A DNA stretch of 63,319 bases, the filler included, from Conidiobolus incongruus B7586 (lineage: Eukaryota), in NCBI GenBank assembly GCA_000697335.1. It is 12 parts of 12 records of this genome, joined end to end, with 100 filler letters (N's around TTAATTAATTAA, not from the genome) between each part and the next. Parts side by side here need not be neighbours in the genome. Positions count along the whole stretch, not along the records: positions 42,877 to 56,154 come from JNEM01007050.1; 11 more parts are not named here. One strand, given 5' to 3'. The position numbers were made by a program, and so were the translations under genes. Below are positions 43,249-56,254 of this stretch, in pieces. How positions within the stretch are numbered: position 1 is the first letter of the stretch; every line of letters starts with the position of its first letter. The notes under the pieces are model-generated. The model saw nothing but the letters and a program-made list of their open reading frames with translations, made no database searches and was not told the DNA's origin.

Positions 43249-43647
43249 TGTAAGTGTAGTGGTAGTTAAACTAATATAGTATAGAGGAAAACTTAATATA
43301 AAAGTAGTGTGGCACAAAATGTAGTAATATAATGTGGCTGTAGTGTGCAAATGTAAACAAAGTTTAATTAAGCTTCAAACTAGGATGAGTCACTAATATA
43401 TTAAGATTTATATTAGGTAGTACTAATATCCTATAATATTAATAGAATATAGTCTCAATTTTAGAAATAGTATAAAAGTAAAAAATAGTAAGAATTAAAA
43501 GGAAAAAGAAGAACCTAATTTATTAGATAATTTAATACTATTTATACAATTAATTTAACTATATAAGTATAAATTAATCATATAATTTATAGTTAATTGG
43601 ATTATATAAAAGTATATATAAGAATTTAAAGAACTAGTCTCTTAACA
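43249..43647 (-). repeat. 3' LTR (399 bp) of the Gypsy element
   Basis: TG...CA termini; aligns end to end with 48568-48964 and, inverted, with 61550-61949. Confidence 0.95.
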
Positions 43648-46600
43648 CTCCCCTAATAGGTTTTTTAAAAGAGACACACTCCCTAATTTTTTACAAATAG
43701 GTATAATAGGTTAAAGTATTCTTAATATTTTCTAGAGGTTCTTATATAGCTTCTTTAATTAAATAACCCATCTATTTTACATAAAAATAAAATTTATTCC
43801 TAATAGATTTAGACTTAATTATGTAATTAACATAGTATTCTTCTTCTCCATCTTAATTAATAATTAAATCTAGTTTTGGGGTTTTTAATCAATTAGGAAA
43901 AGTGTTAAAATCTTCAAAGTATGGTTTAATTTTAGATATGTGAAAGGTAAAGTTGATCCTCAAAGTTAAAAATAATTCCAAGGTAATATTTTTAAAATTT
44001 AAATCAATAGATTAAATTTTATAAGGATTATAATATAATGGTAAGTATTTGGGATTTAAGCTAAATTTAAATAGGGTAAGTTTAAGGGCAGATTGTTCTA
44101 AGTATACAAACATATTAGTTTTATATTTAAGAGGGTTTCTAGATAACTTTAAGTATTGTTGTTCTATAATCCTTTAATTTTCTTCTAAGTTAAATTTAAC
44201 AAGGGAATTAATATGTTTGATATTAGATTAAAATTCAACAATATTTAAAAGTAAGTTAATTTAAAGTTTTAGAGTAATTATTAAGTTAAGATGTTTATTA
44301 TAATTAATGAAATAAAAGCTAAAACCTGTTGATTTATTAATAAAGGTGTTGAATAAATATTAGAGTTAGTAGATATAAACATCCTAATTTAATTGATTAG
44401 TGTTAATATAAGCTCTAATCATTTGCTTTAAGGTTTTAATAGTTTTTTCAGCAAGTTTATTAATTTAGTGATAATTAGTAGTAGATATAGCTAGGTTAAT
44501 TTTAAAGGAAAAGGATAGTGACTTTTAGAATTAAAAGTTGAATTATACATCTCTATCAAATATAATAGTTTGTGGAATTTTATAGTGGGTAAAGATATTA
44601 AAGAATAATAATTGTGTAATATCTTTAGCTGTAGAAGTTTTGAAATAAAAAATAAAATAAGTATATTTAGAAAATGAATCAATTATAATTAGTAAATTAT
44701 TATAACTATTTGTTGATTTAAGGATTTCTATAAAATCAAGTTAGATTTATTGTTAAGTTTCATTAAAAACTTATAAGGGAATAAGTTTACTATATTTTAG
44801 TTGAGTATTATATTTAGTTCTTTAGTGTATATTATAGGTATTAGTGTATTTCTAAACTAATTTAATTAGGGAAAGCTAATAGTATTTTATTTTAATTTTC
44901 TTAGTAGTTTTTAACTAGTTTTAATATCTTTTAATAGGTAAATTATAACATTCATTAAATATTGTTTATTAAATCTTAAGAATGTTAAGAATATATAGAC
45001 AATTATTATAGTATAGTAAGTTATTGATAATTTTAAATTTTTTAACATATTTTAATTAGTTTTCTAATAGTTTAAAGAGTTTTTCTTTAACTAAAATAAA
45101 GAAATTATTATTTAACAGTGTTTTTTAAAGTAGTTTAATAAATTTTTTATTTCCTTCATTAATAATTATTAAGTTAATATTTGCTAGATTTTTACAATTA
45201 GAATAATAGGGTAAGTATGTAAAATTTCTTAATAAAGTATCTACAATATAGTTTTATTAACCTAAAAGATATTAAATAAAGAAAAGGTAAGCTTAGATAG
45301 TTTTAATCTATTTAACTTATTTTCTTAATAAATACTTTTGAGTATTTAAGTAGATGAGTGATTTATAATCTATAAGTGTTAAGAAAAAGTTGCAAGATAA
45401 GAAATGTAAGTGATTTTTGATTATTTCTACTAAAGCAAGAAGTTTTTATTTATAGACTAGGTATTTTAATTCAGCTGGTTTTATTTTTCTTAACTAGAAT
45501 GTTATTAGTTTTAAAGTAACATTTATAAAGTTAAATTCAACTTATTCTCCTTTATTTATTATTTTATCTTATAGTTATAAGGTAAAATATAAATTAAATT
45601 CAAACTAGGTTAATTATCTATTAATTGTAAAAAAATTAAAGTTAATAAAAATAATAGTAGGTAGTTTTAGATTAAAGATAAATAAAGCAAAAGCATTAGT
45701 AACATAGAAAATCAAAGTATTTATGTAGAAAGTGTGTAGTGGGGTTTATTTAAACAGAGAGTTTTTCTTTAAGAAATTAATAAAAAGAGTAACAAGTTTA
45801 ATAAAAGAATCAATAAAATCTTTAAAGTAATTTAATAATTTAAGTATAAATATAAGTTAATCTTTGTTTATAGGTATAGTAAAAGCTTTAATACTATTGA
45901 GTTTAGTTAGATTAATACTAATTCCTTAAAAAGAAACAATATAACTATAGAAAAAGATAGAAGAGGTACTAAAGATACATTTTAATAGTTTTAAAGGTAA
46001 TTTATATTCTTGAATAATTTGTAAAATTTAATTAATATGTTAGATATATTCTTCTTTAGTTTTTGAATAGATTAAGATATTATTAAAGTAGGTGATAATA
46101 AAGTTATTAAAAACAAGGTTAAAAAGGGAATTAATGAATTAAATAAAAGTTGTAAAGGTATTACACAATTTAAAGTTTATAACAGTAAATTTATAGTAGC
46201 TTAAAAGAGTATTGAAAATAATTAAAGGGATAGAATTTTTTTCAACTTTAATGTTGTAATACCTATTCTTAACATCTAGTTTAGTAAATATAATTGATCT
46301 AAGTAGTTTATCCTTAACATCATGTAGGTTTAATAATAAAGTTTTATCCTTGATAGTTTTAGAGTTTAAAACACAATTATCAATATATAATCTTTAACCA
46401 CTATTAGTTTTTTATATAAAGAAGATTAGAGATTTTTATAGTGAGGAAAAAAGTTTAATATACCTATTTTCAAGTAGTTTTTGGATTTCTTCTTTTAAAG
46501 TTTAATATTATTCAAGAAATAAATAGTAAGTAAGTTTTAAGTATAGTTATATATTAGGGATTAGTTTAATTTTGTGTTTAATATTATATTTAGGTGGTAA

Positions 46601-48567
46601 TTTATTTACAAGTTTAAAAACATTAGCAAATTAACTTATTATATTGTATAAGAAGTGGTTATTAGATATAACTTCATTGAAATCAACAGATAAAGTGTTA
46701 ATAGATAAGTAATAAACAAATATATATCTTTATAAATTATTTAAGTTTTTGATTAGCTTTTTACATTGATTTTTACTTATAATGATAAAATTATTTACTA
46801 CAATTATAGAGTTAGTGTTAGGTAAAGTATTTAATAGTTTTATAGTAGGGTAATGTAGATTTTTTAAGATTAATTCTATTAATTTCTTTTAGAATATGAA
46901 AAAAATAGATTTGTAACCTTTTAAGGTAATATTCATAGATATAAAACTATGATATTTAAATTAATTTTAACCTAGTATAAAATTATAACTAATGTTACCA
47001 ACTAGGAATTTAATATATTAGGAGTAGTTAGGGGGTAATGATAGGTATTTAAATATAGTACCAGATGCTTGTTTTATTAAGTTATTAGCATATTTAATTA
47101 TTAAGTTGCTTTTTTAAATAGGTAAAGATAGTTTTAAAACAATAAAAAAAGAGATAATATAACTAAAACAACTAGAGTTAATTAAAACACTAACAGGTAT
47201 ATCTATAAAATAATTAATTAACACAAACAATAAAGTGATAGTTAAAGGTAAAAAATTACAAGGTAAATTAATTACTAGAATGTTTTTAGTTTCTAATGGT
47301 TTAATTAGTTAGATTTCTCTAGTATATATAGTTTAATTTGTAGAATCATTAGTTTATTAGAACTTTTGTGGATTAAATTAGAATCTGCTAACTAATTGTA
47401 AAAGGAGTGATTTTAAGGTTATATTAATATTATTCAAGTTTGATTTATGGTTGGTAAGTTAAGATTATTGAAAATTAAACAGATGTTGCTTCTTTAAAGG
47501 GTATTTGTTAGCTTTATAGTTAACTTAAGTTCTTCAACAGTAATAACAACCTTTATTTGTTTTTAAGTAGGCTTTAACTTTTTTATTAAAGGTTTTCTTA
47601 TAAAGCTTTAAAGTAGAAACATTTATCATTTGAAATTTAGGTGGGTTAAAGTAAAGTTGAAAAGATTAATTTTTAAGGTTGGAAAATTTAATTATAAAGT
47701 AAAAAATATTATTAATTATAATTACTATATTACAAATGTTAAAAAAAAACATATTATTAAAGTGTTCTTTATTAACTAACTAAAACTTCACTTAAAAGTT
47801 AAGGTATTGTAATAGTTTGTAGATTTATTTTTCTTTAGTGATATTTAATATGTTTAAACATATCTCATTAAATTTCTCAATCAATTATCTTGTAGAAGTT
47901 TTTTATTTAAGCTAGGAAAACTTTTCTCTTGTTAATTAAACTTAATCTTTTAAGTAATACCTCTCTTTAAAAACTTTTTCTAATTGTTTAAAAGTTTATA
48001 TCTTTGTAATAAGTTATCCTCTTGAAGATTCTTTAGGATTAAACTTGTAATAAATTAACTACCAAATATAAACAAATTTTTCTAAAAAAAAGTAGCTAAT
48101 TTAAAGATATTCTTTAAATCTTCATCAAGAATCAAATTAAAATAATTCTTTATGTTTTTAAGGTAGTTTTCAAGTTTGTAAAGGTTTTTAAAATTATCAT
48201 AAGTAGTTAATTTGTTTTTAAAGATATTAAAGAAGTAGTTTAATATATTAACTATAATAAAATAGCTGGTTTGTTAGATTTAAGCTCTTTAAAACATGTT
48301 TTTTTCAATTAAAAGTTGTTTAATATATGTTTCTTAAAGGGTAATAAACTTTTAAAAACTAAAGTTTTAGATTTACTTAGTAATTAAGCTATTATTATTA
48401 TTATTAAAATAATATAAGGGTATCTCTTTTTTTAGTGGTATTATAGTATATAGTATTAAATTAAAATAAAATAAATTATAGATAAGATTTAAAATAGTAA
48501 TAATTAAATTTAATACAAATAGTTATTAATTTCTAGTAGGTTTTTAATGGTTTTATTACTGTTACTA

Positions 48568-48964
48568 TATAAGTATAGTGGTAGTTAAACTAATATAGTA
48601 TAGAGGAAAACTTAATATAAAAGTAGTGTGGTGTAAAATGTAATAATATAATATAGCTATAGTATGCAAATGTAAAGAAAGTTTAATTAAGCTTCAAACT
48701 AGGATAAGTTATTAATATATTAAGATTTATATTAGGTAGTGTTAATATCCTATAATATTAATAGAATATAGTCTCAATTTTAGAAATAGTGTAAAAGTAA
48801 AAAATAGTAAGAATTGAGAAGAAAAAAAAACCTAGTTTATTAAATAATTTAATACTATTTATACAATTAATTTAATTATATAAGTATAAATTAATTATAT
48901 AATTTATAGTTAATTGGATTATATGAAAGTGTATATAAGAATTTAAAGAACTAGTCTCTTAACA
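48568..48964 (-). repeat. 5' LTR of the Gypsy element
   Basis: Aligns with 43249-43647; the + strand terminal TG is mutated to TA. Confidence 0.93.
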
Positions 48965-50203
48965 AGTTCTATATTACTATTAAAAATAAATAATAAAAAA
49001 CAATATTATTATTAATTAATCTCAAAGAAAATATTTATTTTAATAGTAATATATATTTTAATACTAATAATTATCATAATTAAATTATTAACCATTATAA
49101 ACTAATTGAATCCTAAATTAAATTAAAATATTAATGGTTTTTATAATAATATTAAACTATATTAAAGTTGAAATATTTAAAAATATTTAATGAGAAAATA
49201 TGAAAAACAATATTTTGCCACAATTCCAGATTATTTAATCCTTATATCTCTTAATACAGATGTCCAACCATTAAAATATGTGAGAAGCAAATTATTTAAT
49301 ATAAATATAATTTTTATTAATCATAATTCTAAATTCACTAAATTGAAACTGCAAATTGGTTTTCTATCGCTTGACATGAATTATTTTGATGAAATTAATA
49401 TATTATAATTAATGAGAGTTATTAATTTTTTAAATTATAAAGTTTAATAATAAACTAAGTATATTATACTCTATTCAATTTAATAAAATATATTGGTAAA
49501 TTTTTGAGATAAATGTTGGATTCCAAAATTAAGGGTTGATCTTGATTTGATAGTTAAGGAAATATTTGATAGATTATAACATTCATTGAATCAACTATTT
49601 AATTTACTATCAACAACGTTTTTATACATCACAACAATAAGGTTAATTAATGGAACAATCATAAATCTAGTTCTAAATATTACCTAATATTTTAACTCTA
49701 TAATACACTCAATGATTACTTATTAAAATTATATAAATTAACAATATAATATGATAAATATTATATTGAGATCTTTAATTTGATTTTGCTAGTAAATTCA
49801 AATTTAAATAAATTACCAATATAGCTTTTTAAAAAAAATATTAATTTAAATAATATAATCTATTAAAAATATTAATTAAATTTTTATATAAATTAAAAAA
49901 AATTTTTTGAATAATCGGTAAAAGGTGAGAAAATTTTAAAAAATTTTTCTCCACTAAAATTTAATTTCCCCACCTGTTGAATTTAATCCACTTAATAAAA
50001 TTGTTATTTGTTTCAATTTTGACTTCTTTACAATGCATGTGGAGTACAACAATCAGGAATTAATAATCAATAGTGTATTAAGTGATGATAAATCAAGTAT
50101 TAATCAAGAAAATTTTCAATTGAGTAATTTTTGTTAAAAAAATAAGAGTATAATATTGAATTTATATTTCATTTATTTTGATTTTTATAATTTAAATAAA
50201 TTT

Positions 50204-51205
50204 TCAATGATTTTCAATTTTGATATATTCACAATCTTCTTCAGGTAATTTTACATTAAAATACTTTAAAAAGCACTCTTTTCTGTGTTCAAAATCTTTA
50301 GTGACTATAGTTTCGCTACCTTCTGCTGTATATGTTTTGATAGTTCCGTTGAGATACATGATGTACCCTTTAGGAGTATTGATTGCCATAAAATTGAGTT
50401 TGTAGAATACATTTTGTGGATCTGATAATATTTGATTGTTCATGATTTCAACATCAGAAATATAAACGGGTTTGGGTTGGAAGTAATGTAAAGGACACCA
50501 TTCATTTCTGGCATTGAGCTTTTTACCAGGGATGGGAGAGTGTCTTACTTCAAGGACATACGGATCGTATTTGCTGGATTGTGTTTGTTCAATAACTTCG
50601 GGATAAGGTCTTTGAACAATGCGATGTTGGGTCAAGTTTGAAGATTCTTGTACCAAATCCAATTGGAGTTTAATGGGAGTGGCAGTGGAACCGAGATGTA
50701 AGCCAAGATCGAGTATGTATTCCTCACCCTCAAGATTAATTAAGATAAAAGCGTGGTTAAGAGGAGCCACATGGATAGTTCTATTCTCTTGCCATAATCC
50801 ATAATCAACTCCACGTCCGCCCAATAAATAGCATTCGAATCCCAGACATCTGAGAATCCAATAAGCTAAAACATTATTTTCAAAGCAGCAGCCATCTCTC
50901 TCTTCTTCAATGACCTTAGTGAACATATCCTGATGATTGATACTCACGCCCTGAGTGGTGAGCTTGTCGAAGGGATGTGTGGGAGTATTACCCTTGGGTT
51001 GAGTGAGCTTATGATAGTAATGGAAACTCAAATTACCGAAAGGGATTGAGCGAGTATGGCATTCAGCGATGCTTTTCAAGGTATCATAAGTGGGCTTTGG
51101 TAATTCATTAACATTAGCACCAGTTGACTCAAAAAAGTTGATTCTTTTCAAATATTTAATCAACTGATCGTAAGAATAGATCTCGCAAGGGATTGTATTA
51201 ACCAT
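50204..51205 (-). CDS. NAT: Arylamine N-acetyltransferase, intronless, about 333 aa
   Basis: YLKRI, HTRSIPFGNL (IPFENL motif), ERDGCCFENN (catalytic Cys), PLNHAFILI (His), YILDLG (Asp), LKYFNVKL C-terminus. ATG at 51205; the ORF track starts one codon earlier at GTG. Confidence 0.92.
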   Translation of the reverse strand: MVNTIPCEIYSYDQLIKYLKRINFFESTGANVNELPKPTYDTLKSIAECHTRSIPFGNLSFHYYHKLTQPKGNTPTHPFDKLTTQGVSINHQDMFTKVIEEERDGCCFENNVLAYWILRCLGFECYLLGGRGVDYGLWQENRTIHVAPLNHAFILINLEGEEYILDLGLHLGSTATPIKLQLDLVQESSNLTQHRIVQRPYPEVIEQTQSSKYDPYVLEVRHSPIPGKKLNARNEWCPLHYFQPKPVYISDVEIMNNQILSDPQNVFYKLNFMAINTPKGYIMYLNGTIKTYTAEGSETIVTKDFEHRKECFLKYFNVKLPEEDCEYIKIENH

Positions 51206-54200
51206 CACGATTACAAATAAAAGTTTATTCTTTGACCATGACTCGAATCCATCACTTTTATATTACTCAAAATCCCAATTTAATATAATCGGTTTCATCA
51301 TCCATAGCACCCAATTTGCAAAAGATAATTATACAAACACTTGTGATTGGTCAGTTGGCTAAATCTTTTAATATAATTTTTGTGTAACATCCGAACCTGA
51401 GAAATTTAGATAAAAAAAGGGGGTTTTCATATTACTAAAATTGTTAAGTGTCAAATAATAATATTATTTAATAAAATTGAATAAATTTATAATATTCTTT
51501 TTTTTTTTGAAAAATTTCTAAAATTTAATTACTATCCGAATCTTATGATTTAAATATTTATTATAATTATTATTATATTTCAGCTTATATTAATTTTAAT
51601 TTATAAATAATTTTGTAATATATAATATTAATAGAAATCTATTTTATTTTAATTTTTTATTAATAATATATTTATTTATACATATTAACAATGATTAGAT
51701 TAAATAATTTAGATATTTTAATTGGTTTACAATTTGCCTATACCTTTAATCAAAATTTAAGTGAATTTTGAAAACTAAATTGAATATTTCGCTATATATA
51801 TCTAAATCAATTTTTTATCCAATTATTATTTACTCATTACCACCTCATTTTGCATTATATTAACATATCCATATATGATAAGAAATCAATTTTATTTTGT
51901 TAAATTAGGATTATTTTATTGGATAACTCTTAATTCTATAAAGTAGCTTTAGCTTTTTATTTTCAAGTTCTCGGACCAAATACTTTAAAATAAATTAATT
52001 TATCAAAATGATTTTTCCTATAAGGTATTAAATATTTTTTTAAATAATTATAATTTAGAAATAATAAAAATTAAAACCTAATTAACATAGTTAATTGATT
52101 AAATATGTATTACATTTTTATTTAATATTAAACATTATTATATTATATATTATTATTATTATTCGGATTAATATCTATTTTAAGTAATTAAAATTATTGA
52201 ATATTCAAATTTTTATAATATTATTGTAGTTATGAATATTCGTGATTTCCGATGCTTAATAGTAATGTATAATGCGAAAAGGAATATTATCATTGTGTGA
52301 TTTATTTTCGTTTCAATCAAATATAAGTATAATATTAATATGATGTTGAACTATTTATCAATAAGTAGCAACTTTTGTGTATACTTTTAAATGAATTGTA
52401 ATACTTAAAGTTTAAGAAATTTCACTATGTTTCTTTTTTTGAAGTGAATTTAATATTATCATTGTTTTTAAAACTTGCTTAAAATATTATATTATAGTAT
52501 AATTATCATACAGATTCAATTAACTATGGTATTAGCTAAGTAAATTTAAAAATTTTTTTATAAGATTATTGGTTATTTCTTTAATTTATTACATTTTATA
52601 ATAATTAAAATATATTTTGATCAATTAAGTTTTTAGTTGATTATATATTTTATAAATAAATTATAAAGGTATCAAATTATTAAATAATTATAAAAATGAC
52701 AATATTATAACCATTATTAATATCATTATGTTAATATATTTTCTATTTTATTCATCAATATTAATAATAAAAGATAAATATTCAATATTGTTATATATAT
52801 GGTTCAAGATTTTAATTTATTTTCAATAAATAAATAAATAAAATATTAATTAATTAGTTCTGATAATCCATGTTTAATCAATATAAAAATTTAAAAATTT
52901 AATTTTTCTTTATATTTACCAATAAATATTAATATTTGAGATATATATATGAGTAAAATAAATTCTCATGATATTGTTAAATTTAAATATTTCACTATAT
53001 ATCCTTTATTATTGTTTTTCCAATATAATTCAATTTATTCTTCTGCTATTTCAAAAAATAATATAATTACTAATATTTGATTTTGAAATTAAAAATATTT
53101 GATATAATTGAAGAAGTAAGATTTAATGAAACTTTATTGATAAAGCTGTTAATATAAATAATCAGCATTTTTTACAATATTTTCAATTGTAAAATTATAA
53201 ATACTTGTTAGACATGAATTTATACTAATTAAACATATTATTAGCATTAACCTTAATTAATGAGTAATTAAAATTTAGGAAATAATCAACTCAAAATAAT
53301 AATAATAATAATAATAATAATATATACTAAATCAAATTTAATTAATGAAATTTCGGAGGTAATTGAGTGATTTTAAGCATTTAATATTCAAAATTAAAAA
53401 TATTTTTTCAATATAATACAAGATATCAATTGCCATTGGAGACATTTAATATCATTTTAAATATAAATAATAAAATATTCGAAGCATTAATTCAGTATTA
53501 TTGTTTATATCAATTGATAGTGAAGAATTTGGTGTTAGTTTTTAATTTGCTTAAAATAGCAAGTGAAAATTATATTTCATCTATTAAATTTTAATGAAAT
53601 AAAGAAAATATTATCTCTAATTAAAATTATTCAATTAATTTTTGATAGCACTATTTGCGTTATATTGATAAAAATCAATAAATTTTAAATGCGAATAATC
53701 AAATAATAAATGTTTCTAAATTAAAGAGATATGTTATTGTAGAATCTAGGAATCACATTTGCCTTATAGAATTCGCAAATTATGGTATGTTTCACCTTAT
53801 TAATCAATAAGTTGGTGAAGTTATCATAAAACGTTATTATTGAAATTATGTTGATTAAATTAATATTTGAAACTATTATTTGATATAAATGGTAATTTTA
53901 CAACTTTTAAAATTATTTATCTCATAAATTTTAAATTTATCAATTTTAATCAAAGGTGAATTTGAAAAATTTATGCATAAGGATATACTTATATGTAATA
54001 ACTCATTGGGTACATGTTTTGAATCAATTTGGTAAATATTTGAAAATTCTTATATTAATCGGATTTTTATTTTCAAACTTCTTAAAGAAAATTTTATTAA
54101 CAGATTCCATGATAATTTTAAAAGAGTATTCGATTTAAAATTAAAATTAATATGTTTTATTAGTCATCTAGAAACTAATCACTTCTTTCTATTAATAGTT

Positions 54201-55016
54201 CAATTATAATGATATTTAAATAGTTTATCAAATATTTTATTTTCATAAATTATTATGTAAATGAATAACTAAAAGTTTGAATTAGTATCAATAATTGGCT
54301 GTTCATCCTTTTATTGTTGAATTGAAACTTGATTAAAATTCTACATATATTCTGTTGATATCAGTATAATTCAATTATAGAATAGATGAAGCAATATTTG
54401 ATATGATGTATAAATTGATTTCAATTAAAATTTTGTTTATTAATTTTGACACATTCAATTATAATAAAGTATATAAATCCTCAAATTTTGAATAAATATA
54501 TGTCATGTAATTTATTATTATATCATATTTTACTCAACAAACTGTTTTTTCAGGTACAATATGCGTGGATCCGCAATCTAGTGGAAACTTTTTTCAATTC
54601 TAATTTATTTGAATAATCAAATTTATTAACAAATAATAATTCAAATTGGGAAATTAAAAATCTTTTTCAACTATATCATAAAAGCAATTATCCAAATTCT
54701 TCAAATATTATATATATATATGAATAAAATCATGATTTTCTTAAAAAATTTTTGGTTAATAATATATATATATATAATAAAATATTTTAGTATTGAAATC
54801 ATTTTAAAAAAATCTTATTAGTTTTCATTTATACAAATCAAATTTAACTTTTAATTACATAAATTATAGTATAGTAATAAGTATCTAGGATTTTCAAAAT
54901 TCACGCTTATGTTACTATCCAAACTTATAAAAAAAGTATTATAAATATTATTATAGCAATAAAAAGCTTGAAATTTATGAACGATTTATTATTATATTCC
55001 TTTTTATAGTATTACA

Positions 55017-55342
55017 TGTCTTCTAGAAAGTAAATTTGCAATAAAGATCGCTTAGTTCGATAAAACGGGTTAAGGACGACTAACGGGATACTTTAAAAGG
55101 TTTTATTAAAATATCAAAGGGTTGAACTTGGCCCTGGTCAAGGTGATCCCTGAGCGAATAGGTGCCCAGTGACTATTTTATAATGGCTAGTCCTTCGCCA
55201 ATGTGTTGAAACTCAAATTACTGATATAAATTGGAATTTTCCATTGTGCAAGGATTGTGTCTGGTATTTGTGAGTGGATTACATTCGGAATCATGACGGA
55301 CGGTTAAAGTTGAATGGCGAGCGGACCTCCCAATCCGCAACA
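55017..55342 (-). mobile_element. Solo LTR (326 bp) of a further family
   Basis: TGTC...AACA termini; TSD TTACA/TTATA (one C>T); on the minus strand TATAAAA (about 55180) precedes AATAAA (about 55085); CpGs retained. Confidence 0.7.
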
Positions 55343-55691
55343 TTATATATATATATATATATATTTGACTAAATCTATAAATTTATCATAAAAATTATAT
55401 ATAAAAAACTTGGTAATATTTTAAAATTTTTAAAATATTTTTATAAAATTCATAATTAAATATTAATTTTAGGATAATAGTATTTTAATAATTTAGTTTA
55501 TAAAAATAAAATTAAATTGATTCAAATTTAATTATGAAATGAATCTTAATGTTATATAATTCATTAACAATCATATTTAAAAATTACTAATTCAATTTGA
55601 TCAAAATTTGAAATATAAAAATTATATTAAGACGAATTATTAAAAGAATTATTAGGTATTAAAACCAATTTTTAAATAAATTTAAATACAT

Positions 55692-56154
55692 TTAAAGTTG
55701 GCCACTGCTGAGCACATTACCACCATCTGCTAGGACCTTGACAGATTCATCTTGTACAACTTTGCCATCCATACCAGTGATTCGAATGTTAGCTGGATTA
55801 GTTGCTCCATTAATAATCCAAATGTTATTGTTGTTTCTAGAAGCTGGTTTCCATTGTCCATTGACATTGATTTCAATACTCTTAATAGCTTGAGCTGAGT
55901 TTAAGATTTGTAAACCAGCCCACCATTCGTTACTTCCAGCTTGCCAGCGATATTGGAGATTTCCATTAATGTTAGGACATCTGACTTGCTTCCAAGTGAT
56001 AGGGACATTTCCTGATGCAGGATCACCAATTAATTGGAAAGCATTGGCATTGATATTAAGATCACTTGCTCCACATCCACTACAAATATCAGCTACATTG
56101 ACAATGACTGATTTGTTGTTATCAGTGTTAGTGACTTCGAGACAAGCTCCACAC
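55692..56154 (-). CDS. Expansin-like protein (EXLX: DPBB plus CBM63), 3' part; 5' end in gap
   Basis: CGACLEV...VNVADICSGC...NAFQLIGDPASGNVPITWKQVRCP...YRWQAGSNEWWAGLQILN...NGQWK...IRITGMDGKVVQD...SGQL-TAA(55692-55694); colinear with BsEXLX1 motifs. Confidence 0.9.
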
Positions 56155-56254
56155 NNNNNNNNNNNNNNNNNNNNNNNNNNNNNNNNNNNNNNNNNNNNTT
56201 AATTAATTAANNNNNNNNNNNNNNNNNNNNNNNNNNNNNNNNNNNNNNNNNNNN

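Larger units (their letters stand above)
43249..48964 (-). mobile_element. Full-length chromoviral Ty3/Gypsy LTR retrotransposon, destroyed by C>T/G>A hypermutation
   Basis: Direct LTRs 43249-43647 and 48568-48964; TSD AGTTT/AGTTC; PPT AGGGGAG before the 3' LTR; degenerate PBS TAGTAACAG; order protease (VLINSSC, from DSG), RT (TYFNNILIYS, from YxDD, 46079-46090), RNase H (PAELKY...LLALV...DYKSL...VDTLLR), integrase (FHISKIKPY), chromodomain (EEEYYV...YVK*MGY...AI*EPLENI). Confidence 0.95.

Noticed and set aside
44491..44682. 63-aa ORF inside the Gypsy element
   Set aside because: Chance open stretch within the hypermutated integrase region.
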